Positions 52,031 to 62,840 of a stretch of DNA of 64,000 nt are shown piece by piece. The notes under the pieces were generated by a model. It had not been told where the DNA came from, did not search any database, and worked only from the letters and a program-made list of their open reading frames with translations. Made by a program: the position numbers and the translations under genes. Origin of the DNA: Octopus bimaculoides. Its lineage: Eukaryota. Location of the stretch: positions 42,459,395 to 42,523,394 of the forward strand of contig NC_068988.1 in the NCBI RefSeq assembly GCF_001194135.2, read 5' to 3'. The stretch's first letter is position 1. Each line of letters begins with the position of its first letter.

Positions 52031-53505
52031 TTTAACTCAGAGTAACAGTCTTTTGTTATATTTCTGCTGCTTTTAAATAAAGCATATTACTCTACCTCTG
52101 GTATTTGAGTACTCCTTTTTCCACCTTGTTGCACATTCTATGTGCTAACTCCGGTATATATATATATATATATTGAATTTCTCTCTCTCTCTCTCTCTGA
52201 TATGCATAAACATGCTTTCTCCCTCTCAAACCATCATATATTCAAACCATTCACACATACAGAGATATGTATATATTCTATAATATATTGTATTATAATA
52301 TATATTATATATATTATAATCTATATTATAATATGTATATATAATATATATTATAATCTATATTATAATATGTATATATAATATATATTATAATATATAT
52401 ATATATAAATATATGTATATGATGTATATGTAGAGCAAGTGTGTAAGGCATTGGGCTATATGACTAAGTTATGAGTTCAAATTCACTGCTGACGTTTTTT
52501 TTTTTTGTTTGTTTTTTAATCTTTTTCTGGGGCTGAACACTTTCTATCATGGCGAGGAATAGGTGCCAGATCATTTGGGGAACATTATACCTGTGACAGG
52601 CTGATGTACTATCCAGTAGGAGGAGATTGTTCCTCATTCTGTTTCATGTCATAAACCCATCAAACTGGAGCTGGGTACAAGCCCTTACACAGGCCCCTTG
52701 GTAGGGCTTACGAAGGCAATTTCATTTTACAATTTACATTCATACCTTCCTTTACGGATACTATATCTTTGACAAAGACAGTCTCATACACACACACACA
52801 CACACACATACACATATACACACACACATACATAAATACATTTATTTATACATATATGTGTATATGTATATATTTACACACAGACACTCATGCATATATA
52901 TGTATATATATTTACAGAAACACATATGTATGTATATATATTTAAACACATGTATGTATGTGTATGTATATATATATATATATACATACACATATGTGTC
53001 TGTGTATGTGTTTTAAAGAGGAAATGTCTGTCTTTACACTCTATATGGATTTTTCTTCAAAGAAACAATTTTGGCAATGAAATGGTTGTATCATTATAAA
53101 CTTGTTTGTTTGTTCTTTTCTCTTATTATTATATGACTCTGTTTTTGTTTTCACAATTGTCTTTTTGTTAAAGCAGAATATTTTTTCCCCAAACCAAACA
53201 GTACAGTTAATAGTAATCAAATGTACTCATTGGTGAGGTGTATGTATAAGAATGCATGCATCATATATGGCAAAGAATGGTTATCTTTATTTTTTTATTT
53301 TTAACTTGTTTCAGTCATTAGACTGTGACCATGCAGGGGCCACTACCTTTGGGTATTTCAGTGGAACTAATCAACCCCAATACTTACTTTCTTTTTAAGC
53401 CTGGTACTTAGTCTCTTTTGCTGAATCATTAAAATACAATAACATAAACACACCAACACTGGTTGTCAAGTAGTGGTGGTGGAAAAACAGATAGACACAT
53501 ACGCA

Positions 53506-53579
<74 letters not shown>

Positions 53580-54171
53580 TATATATATAGATATATATAT
53601 ATATATATAGATATATAGATATATATATATATGTATGTGTGTGTGTGTGTGCACACACAACAGGCTTCTTTCAGTTTCTGTCTACTAAATCCACTCACAA
53701 GGCTTTGGTTGGCCCAAGGATATAGAAGACACTTGTCCAATGTGCCATGCAGTGGGATTGAACCCAGAACCATGTAGTTGGGAAGCAAACTTCTTGGCAT
53801 ACAGCCAGGCCTGTAGTTGAATAAAAAGAGAAAAATACTGATAAGTATGTGGAAGCCCACAGCACACCCTCTCATTCACATAAATGACCGTGTTTTTGTT
53901 TATGTTGCTGTAACTTAGCAGCTTGGCAAAAGGGTCTGTAGAATTAGTACCAGACTTTAAAAAAAATTGTATTGTTCGACTAAAGCCCTTGAAGGCGGTG
54001 CCCCAGTAAGGCTGCAGTCCAGTTATGACTGAAACGAGTAAAAAATAAAAGGAATTGATTGTAATGCATAAACATGATGGATAGTAACTTAATTTGAGAA
54101 ACGCTCATATATAAAAAAGAGAAGTTCAGAGACTATCAGTAGAAGTATATTATTAAAACCTCAATACTGTA

Positions 54172-55029
54172 CGAGGTGGTATCAAAAGGTTCCCGGACTT
54201 GTTATATTTAATTAAAAAAATAACTTATCTAAGTTTTAAAATAATCTCCTTCGAAATAGTCGCCTTGCGCAGCAATACACTGGTCCCAGCGTTCTTGTCA
54301 CTTTTGGAATCCGGCCTGAAAGTCGTTTTCCGTAATTGAGTCGAGGACCTTCAGCGATTCGCTCTGGATCTCGACAACGATGTTAAAACGGCAACCTTTG
54401 AGCTGCAGTTTCATCTTGGGGAAGAGATGGAAGTTCGCAGGCGCTAAATCTGGCGAATGGGGTATTTTGGGCGAGAAACTCATGAATGCAGAGAGCTCTG
54501 TGAACAATCCAATTCTTCATGCTTCACGGCTCCGGTCGTTTTCACCGAGTGTCCTCCCTCAAACGCTTTAAAACGACTCAGCAGAACTCTCAATTGACGG
54601 TCTGGCCTTGGGGAATGAATTCTCGATGCACAGTACCACATTTCCCGGCTGACACTCGTGGCAAGTCTTCCAGATTGCTCATCGTCTTCCAGGGATGTTC
54701 TCCTGCTTTTGAAGTGCCCGTGTCACTCCAAACATTGCGTCCGACCCATTGTCTCATCACCGTAAGCTTGCCGAAGCAAGCTCAATGTCTCCGTAGCAGG
54801 CTTCCCAGGTTTAACGCAAAATTTCACGTTGGCTCTTTGTTCCTGACTATGACAAAATCGCGGACTACAGCATACACGTGATCACAAAAACACAAATTTC
54901 ACAAGTTGCGAAGTAAACAGTGATGTCACTCGGCACATGTCTCATGAAGGTCACTGCGCACTCAACCGTGTGCTGTCATCTGTTGACGCGCTACAGAACT
55001 AGTCCGGGGACTTTTTTGATACCACCTTG
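54172..55029 (-). mobile_element. Internally deleted mariner element with both TIRs and TA target duplication
   Basis: TA|cgaggtggtatcaaaaggttcccggact ... agtccggggacttttttgataccaccttg|TA; minus-strand fragments EQRANVKFCVKPGK..YGDE, HREFIPQGQTVN and HSPDLAPANFHLFPKMK. Confidence 0.9.
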
Positions 55030-58000
55030 TATCGTGTTGAAAGGAAGGGCTATTAGTAATGAGAAACGAGTCGTGTAGTAGTATGGAAAACTTGAGAAGC
55101 AACACATCAATTTACAATAGTGAATGGAGTTACTCTCACAGGAAGAACACGTTTTTGCTTTTTATAATAGCATATGCTTTGAATAGTCCATTGTTTGGGT
55201 TAACTTCTTTTTTTTTTTTTTTTTGCCTAATTTTTTTAACCTCCAGTGCAATTGTAGTGAGGAGTGTTCAATCCAAATAAACATTGACAATTGTCAATGT
55301 TTTTTGGATTGTAATTCAAATTCATACAGCGCTGATCTTCCTGACTCTCAACTTGTTTAGCTCATTAACATAAAAATCTTTAACAGTGTTAAGTACATGA
55401 AACAATGAAAAAACAAAAACAAAAGGCGTTAGGTGCTACAAAATAAATAAATTTTTAAAGAGAATTTTCACAAAAGATATTGTAGCTGGTGTTTCTATGA
55501 AGGATAAACCCACACAAAATGAACTGGAAGGTGTATGGTAGACTTCTGGATCCAGATGAAGATAAGTTTCATTAACAAACGCACATTTAGGAAGACTCGT
55601 TTCCAAAACTCATAAAAAAAATTTTAAATCCTGTTTGCCTGGAGATAAGTTTGGCAAGGTGCTCGTAGACAGCCTGTTAAATTTTATCAACAGCGTGAAA
55701 CCGATATTAAAGGCATAAGGGAAGCGACAGTGACCATACTCGATTATGAAAAGAACGAGGGGTAAATGGCCGGATTGGTTGATTACCAAACGAAATAAAC
55801 TGAGTCCAGGTCCTGCTCAGGGGAAATGATGTGTGTGTGTGTACGTGATGTATGTATGTGTGTAGAAGTTGGAAGTAAGGTGGCGCTTGGGTATTCAGGG
55901 TTGTGGTGGGCATTATGAAGGTGTTGAAGAAATACAATCTGTAGGGTGGCAAAAGCAAGGAGACGGGTGTTATGTGCTTAAACAAAGGTAAGTAGGGACG
56001 TAGAAAAACTTTTTTTCAGACGTGACTAAAACACGGAAACTTTTGAGATACTAAAATTCGAATATGAAGGGAAAAGTTTGAGATGGTCAAATTCCGAGCA
56101 AATAAGTCAAAGATGGTAAGAAGTCCGAAAAATTGGTAAAAAAAATTCGAGAAGGTTAAAAAATTCCGCTAAGATGGCACAATGGTGGAATAACGTAGAT
56201 GCTGGGCGAAAAATATAATGGTCTTGGTAAGCATGTGCTGCGGGAAGAAGGAAAATAGCTGACGGGAGAAGTAGAGAAGAACAAAAGTGGCTTCGATTTG
56301 AGGGGAGAGTGAACGCAAGGTAAGTGAAGTAGCAGAAGTATGTGTATCTACTTGCTGGTGTGTGTCAAAGAGACAAGATGGCTGGTGAATAGACGTGTAT
56401 GTTTATGTTACTGAATGATGTGTCTGGCCAAAAAGTGTACGTATGAGATAGTGTCAGTGAGAGTGCAAGTATGTGAAGTCGGGGAAGTTGTGCTGCACTG
56501 CATCCTATTTTCTGCTATTAGTTTCTTGAAAAAGTGCAACTGGCCCTACATAACCCTCACCACTATATACAAATCGTATTTGTAGATCGTCTTAAAGGTT
56601 TCACTATAGATCTGTCTTAACAACTAATTGTAAGGATTCGAACCCTAGCCGCAAGATATTCAGTTAGGGATCACGAGTGAGCCACCACAATTTCACGTAA
56701 CGTGATATGGTGCCTCAGATGATTTAAAATTCGTCCCTTCCTTTTCACTCTATAAAAACCGTTTCGCGCCTAACACGGCCAGACGGCCTCGGTAAACGCT
56801 AAGGCAGATAACTTTAGGCATTCGCGCAGACCACCTTGGGCACTCATAAAAGGTACACTCTAAAACCAGACAATCTTGAGCACTCGGACAGACCACACCG
56901 AGCAAGAAACGATCTTGGACACTCACGACATACCACGGCCAGCCTACTACAAAACAGTGCGGTTCTCTTCCAGCTAGTGGTTATATTGTCGACATCTTTC
57001 TTTTGTAAATAGCCAACGCAGTAAATCATATCCTGCAAGGAATATGTTAAAAATTTGCTTCATTTATTATACGCAACCAGCTATACCACACGATGACGGT
57101 CTCCACCACAACCAAATATCTGCCTCACGACATAATCAACCCACTTGTTTGGTGGCAAATCTCGAGACACAACCATATGTCCGCACACATACACGCATAT
57201 GCACATCGCATTAACACCATATATTATATGCACACTACATATATACAGAGGTAGTTAACATTTATATTTTCTAGGTTAGCGTGACAATCTTGTTTGACAG
57301 CTGAGCAGAATCACGAAGTAAACCGAAAATGGAACACTTTTCTTATGACCTATCTCTTTTTATTTTATCACATTATGATAGGAAGATGAGATTTAAAATG
57401 GCTTTTCATAGTTATTAGTACCGTGTTAGAATGATAAACAACCAATGGTTGAAATTTTAGATCTATTGAAGCATTACCACCGAGAAGTGGGTGGGCACCT
57501 GTCTTTTGCAATCATGAATAATGGAACATTTCTTCTTTAAAAATGGAATTTTGACATTCGTTTCTGAAACAGGCATAACCCAACCACTTTGAAAATTTTC
57601 CGCGCAGTGTATCCTTCTATATCATTAATATTTTTAGAAAAGCTGAAAGAGTAGCCGCAGTCTCTGTGTCGGTAATTGCTCTATCACTTATGAATATAGG
57701 TACTTGCTCTCTTACCTATTATGTATATGAGTCCTTGCACTATTATGCATGCAAACATACATACATACATACATACATACTACATACATACATACATAGT
57801 ATACTGTTCCATGAAAGTACGATCAACAAAAAAGTACTCCATACCCATAGATGAATATATGTCTAATGAACACAATATATACTATTATAAGCTACTAATA
57901 GTTTCATGCAATAAAAACATCACAGACACGTCTGGTGCTATTATGCAATCTTCAGGATGTGCTCACATGGCATATACAAAGTAAAACATAACTATAGAAT

Positions 58001-58149
58001 AAGACAAACTACGAGAAAAGGCCAGAAAGTAGATGTAAAAGGTGGATGATTGAAAAAACTGGAAAACGAAAAGAGGAAAAACGGAAAACGAAAAAGAAAA
58101 AAGGGAGAGAATTAAAATCATGACCTCTTTGACTGTGATCGGATGGGGG

Positions 58150-58293
58150 TCTAGAGTCTGCAGTACAACCGCTCAATCTGGAGAAAGTGGTATTCGCCAG
58201 CAAGAACTTATCCATATGTTTACATTTGATGAAAATTTCAGATCTGGAATTCAACAGCGTGGTGGAGTTCTTAGAACATAGTAGTAATACCAA
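58150..58293 (-). pseudogene. Penelope-like GIY-YIG ORF, extreme C-terminal fragment
   Basis: LLNSRSEIFIKCKHMDKFLLAN matches the PLE C-terminal LLN.RSE...C.H..KFLL motif and the ILNSRTEIFGRFLHYRRFLL of 59950-60000. Confidence 0.7.
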
Positions 58294-58402
58294 AAGATAA
58301 TCTTTATATCCAACTTAGCATAGGTGTCTTGTTAGATCCTTTCATAAAAACGCACACATAGATCGCTGCGGACGAAATTCGCCTGTTATGGGCTCCGGAA
58401 TT

Positions 58403-58445
58403 CCTATATCACGTAATTTCAGTCTATTGGATCTCATCAGTGGGG
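58403..58445 (-). ncRNA. Minimal type-I hammerhead (diverged copy of 59064-59105)
   Basis: CCCCA CUGAUGA GAUCCAAUAGACU GAAA UUACGUGA UA|UAGG. Confidence 0.55.
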
Positions 58446-58828
58446 AGCGCTGGTCACCACAAGCCAGTCAAACCTCGCTGCAACAATATATAGAATATCA
58501 GCATCTTTTCAGGTACTGATGTCGCAAATAGCCAGCAGGCTTATTAAAAATTAATTATTTGCGATGGAAGCAGTATTAATACCAAAAATAATCTTTATAT
58601 CCATTATAACATGGATTCTTTGTTAGAACACCGAATTGTGCGTTATTAGCCTTGACAGACTCTCTCATATAGGCCTTGGTGCATAAAATCGCACACACAG
58701 ATCGTAGCAGACGGAATTACTCTGTCATGGGCGCCGGGATACCCATATCACGTGATTCCGGCTTATTAGAGCTCGTCATTTATGTGTTTTATATACATAC
58801 ATAAATACACACACACATACATATATAC

Positions 58829-58956
<128 letters not shown>

Positions 58957-59063
58957 ATACATACATATATATATATGTATATATACATACATACATACAT
59001 CTATATATATATATATATATATCGTAACAGCGAGATTTGACTGGCATGCGGTGACTAGTGCAT

Positions 59064-59105
59064 CCCACTGATGAGGTCCAATAGGCTGAAATCACGTGAT
59101 ATGGG
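59064..59105 (+). ncRNA. Minimal type-I hammerhead ribozyme
   Basis: CCCA CUGAUGA GGUC CAAUA GGCU GAAA U CACGUG AUA|UGGG; palindromic UCACGUGA stem III, AUA site after 59101. Confidence 0.7.
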
Positions 59106-59243
59106 AAATCCGGCGCCCACGACAGACGAATTTCGTCTGCTACGATCTATGTGTGTGCTTTTATGCACCAAGCGCATATATGAGAGGGTCTGTCAAGGCT
59201 AATAACGCAGAATTCGGTGTTCTAACAAGGCATTTATGTTAAG

Positions 59244-59284
<41 letters not shown>

Positions 59285-59308
59285 TGTGCGTATGTGCGTG
59301 TGTGTGTA

Positions 59309-59347
<39 letters not shown>

Positions 59348-59443
59348 TTATCGTTTGTAAAACACATAAATCCGAAAGAAGCACACTCTAAGATGTTGAG
59401 CAGTATATGTTTAAAATATTAAAAATGGAAAAGGCTGGTTTAT

Positions 59444-59504
59444 GGGATTACCTAAGGTTTCCCGTCCATAAACGGTTTAGCTTTAAGGCGTATCATCAGA
59501 TCCC
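59444..59504 (-). ncRNA. Type-I hammerhead in the inverted pseudo-LTR
   Basis: GGGAU CUGAUGA [long stem II] GAAA CC UUA GG UA|AUCCC. Confidence 0.7.
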
Positions 59505-60136
59505 AAAAGGATGTTGGGCCAAGACCTCTTAAAAATATGGAGGAGGAAATTCCTCACTACTCAAAGGTGGGAGGTTATCTCCCTTTGCTATTAGCTATCG
59601 ACTTCCGGCTGTGACGCCACCTTCTGGGCTCCAGCGATGTCGGCAGCAGCAAATACAGCACCGACAACACACGCCCACAGAGATAAATGGGATGTTCCGA
59701 GAACTTTTTCAAGCAACGTCTCTCCAACCACAGGTCCTTCTTCAGAGTTCTGGAAAGGAGATAGGCAGCATCACTGGCCAGCCACGTCTGGCAACTAAGA
59801 GACGATGGGATTCCAAACTTGATCTCATGGAAAATCCTCGAGGACTCAGGCCTCTACATCAGCGGGACGAAGCGTTTCAAGTTATGCATAGCTGAACGCA
59901 CGAGAATTCTAAAAGATTTACTCAAACCAGGGAATATCCTTAACTCCAGAACGGAGATTTTCGGGCGATTTTTACATTATAGAAGGTTCCTGTTAGCTTT
60001 TAGGAACCCACAAGATAGCGTCACAGCCGCTAGTAGATAGCCAATAGCAAAGGGAGATAATCCCCAATTTTCACCTTTGAGTAGTTAGGTATTTCCTCAT
60101 CCATATTTTTAAGAGGTCTTGGGCCAACAGACTTTT

Positions 60137-60197
60137 GGGATCTGACGATTCGCCATAAAGCTAAATCGTTTATGGACGGGAAACTTACGGTAATCCC
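60137..60197 (+). ncRNA. Type-I hammerhead in the 3' pseudo-LTR
   Basis: GGGAU CUGACGA UUCG CCAUAAA GCUAAAUCG UUUAUGG ACGG GAAA C UUACG GUA|AUCCC; site after 60192. Confidence 0.7.
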
Positions 60198-60522
60198 ATA
60201 AACCGGCTTTCCCCACTTTTAATAAGTACTGCTCTACATCTTAGAGTGTACTTCTTTCGGATTTATGTTTTTTACAAACTATGTGTGTGTGTGTGTGTGT
60301 GTGTGTGTACACACATGCACACAAGATATATATATAACATGTATGTTTTTAAGTGCTTACACAGAATACAAAAACTCCATTCCAAAAGGCGAGTGTCATT
60401 CTGTTTTTCTAAGAAATATTTTAAAGGATCGTGGGTAAGGCCAGAACAATTTGAAGTAAATGCAAGGCAAATCACAAGAAAACAAATATATGAATTAATG
60501 TAGACTTGTCTTNNNNNNNNNN

Positions 60523-60563
<41 letters not shown>

Positions 60564-61195
60564 ATATTAGAAAACGGTCAGAATGCCACGCAGTGAATTG
60601 AACCCGGAACTATTTATGAAGAGACTTTAAACTACGTTCAAGAGACTTAAAACCAGGTGCATGGTAACTTTTTATATTTGAAAACCAGATTGACTTAAAT
60701 GTAATCTAATATGGCTGCCTACAAGAAAATTTAATTGGTTTAACGTCTTTTCAACGTCTATATTTTCTTACAAGAAGTATCAGAAGCAAATATCAGAAAC
60801 AAAATAACACGCTCTGGAAGTTATTGTGCAGCATACTATATAATAATAGTTTGACACCAAACTATAAATAAATAAATAAATAAATTTATTGCTGATAATA
60901 ATATGTTTCTAGAGTAAAAGTAGATACTTATCATAGTTCACAACAATCGATGCAATAAAAAGGTAGCAACAACAGCCAAACTGCTCCTACTGCTGTCTTT
61001 AACAAAAGGAAAAGTCACATTAGATATAGATAAACAACATTTTAACACTTATGATTATAGATCTGCTGAATCAGAGCTGAGCTAGTGTTGAGTTATAAAA
61101 TATACAGGTCATTTCATATAAGTCATTCTATATATTATATGGTAGCCTCAACGTAAACGCTCAACCTGCTAAAAAATATTATTATACTATGTTAT

Positions 61196-61580
61196 TGTTG
61201 TCGGCAATCCGTCGCTTACGACGTCGAGGGTTCCAGTTGATCCGATCAACGGAACAGCCTGCTCGTGAAATTAACGTGCAAGTGGCTGAGCACTCCACAG
61301 ACACGTGTACCTTTAACGTAGTTCTCGGGGATATTCAGCGTGACACAGTGTGACAAGGCTGACCCTTTGAATTACAGGCACAACAGAAACAGGAAGTAAG
61401 AGTGAGAGAAAGTTGTGGTGAAAGAGTACAGCAGGGTTCGCCAGCATCCCCTGCCGGAGCCTTGTGGAGCTTTAGGTGTTTTCGCTCAATAAACACTCAC
61501 AACGCCCGGTCTGGGAATCGAAACCGCAATCCTATGACCGCGAGTCCGCTGCCCTAACCACTGGGCTATTGCGCCTCCAC
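61196..61580 (-). mobile_element. Full-length tRNA-derived SINE with 10-bp target-site duplication
   Basis: TSD actatgttat at 61186-61195 and 61581-61590; head with A box (tagcccagtgg) and B box (gtttcgattcc); related tails at 7791-7843 and about 49020-49205. Confidence 0.9.
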
Positions 61581-61749
61581 ACTATGTTATAATAAGAACG
61601 AAATAAAAGACCGTGTTGATCATAGTTGATGCTCCTTTGATCATTAGTGTGTTGGATTACAGCTAAACAACTACAATAGCAACACTGCAAATGAAGAAGT
61701 CTCTAAAACCAATTTGACAGAAATACCAACCAAGTCTTACGAAAATCAT

Positions 61750-62040
61750 ATGGTCTAGTGGTTAGGGTGTTGCACTAACGTTCGCAAGATCGTGGTTTCA
61801 ATTTCTAGACCGAGTAGCACGTTGTACTCTTGAGCAAAACACTTCATCTCACGTTGCTCTGCGATCACTTAGACACCTGACGCGTGATACACCATGTACC
61901 CGTTCGGGAAACGTCGATTTGATGGAGCGAGTGAGTTAATGTACAGCATATACATTTGATCACTATAAACAAATCATCTTTGCAGGTCGTTCGGCAAAAG
62001 CCGAACATTCATACGTCGTTTTCGACGAGAGAGTCCATCA
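61750..62040 (+). mobile_element. tRNA-derived SINE (related copy on minus at about 33215-33500)
   Basis: tggtctagtggttagggtgttgcac..ttgagcaaaacacttcat..tttgatcactataaacaaatca. Confidence 0.7.
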
Positions 62041-62659
62041 CTATCTTTATTAAAATGTTACATTGAACAATGTAGTCATAGGTACATTATATCTGAATAA
62101 AAAACAGGATGGTTGGAGCAGGAAAACATTTTATTGTAGTTTTTACGATTGGAGCCAAACAACGAAAGTCTAATGAGTTTTAGTTGATACTTTTGTACAG
62201 CACAAGATCAACCTGACTGGATACATTGGTGGTGATGGTGAGTAATAATTTCCTCAAGATATTGTAAACAATATTCTTAATCTGTGAACTTCCCGGGGGC
62301 GGGGTTGTTATTTAAGAAATGTGTGTCAACGGGTATGAAGGGACACACTTAGAAGAGTGCTACTGTTCACTTACATATCTCTTTCGCACAAAACTGGCAA
62401 ATCTACCAATCATGTAATCCCAAGCACAGAAGGTTCAGACATTAGCATTTAGGAAAGTGGTTATACACCATTAGGTGTACACCTGCTTTCCTATATTAAA
62501 TTCGGAATAAACACAACGAAACGCGACTCTGAACTATCAACACAACAATATTTATTTATGGAGGAAATAGGCAGCTTTAATCTTGGTTGCTGAGACGTTG
62601 GAATGTTGGAATGAGCTGTCCCCAGAGTTGGAATGCTGGAGAGACAGCTTGACCCGTCC

Positions 62660-62840
62660 ATGCTCATGGCCGGCCGACCGAGAAAGAGAATGAATTGAGC
62701 GGGAACGTTTAGATGTTGAAATCCACGCATGCGCATGAGACTCTTCCCGTGTTCCTTCCGGAACTATTCCCTGCGCATGCGTGGATGAAAACGCAGTAAT
62801 GGCGACTGTATTTTGGCGCCAAATGACGTCACTACAAGCG
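62660..62840. promoter_or_regulatory. CpG-rich housekeeping-type promoter candidate for an unidentified neighbouring gene
   Basis: Two GCGCATGCG (NRF1-type) sites at 62726 and 62772, TTCCGGAA (ETS) at 62756, AATGGCG (YY1-like) at 62798, TTTGGCGCCAAA (E2F) at 62812 and TGACGTCA (CRE) at 62824, all within about 110 bp in an otherwise CpG-poor window. Confidence 0.65.

Larger units (their letters stand above)
59353..60279 (+). mobile_element. 5'-truncated Penelope-like element: GIY-YIG remnant between inverted pseudo-LTRs, inserted in (TG)n
   Basis: Arms 59353-59599 and 60036-60279 (about 85% identity by eye). Frame 59645-60040 reads *MGCSENFFKQRLSNHRSFF..LASHVWQL..ISWKILE..Y.SGTKRFKLCIAER..ILNSRTEIFG..H.RRFLL with 2 stops. 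Confidence 0.85.
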
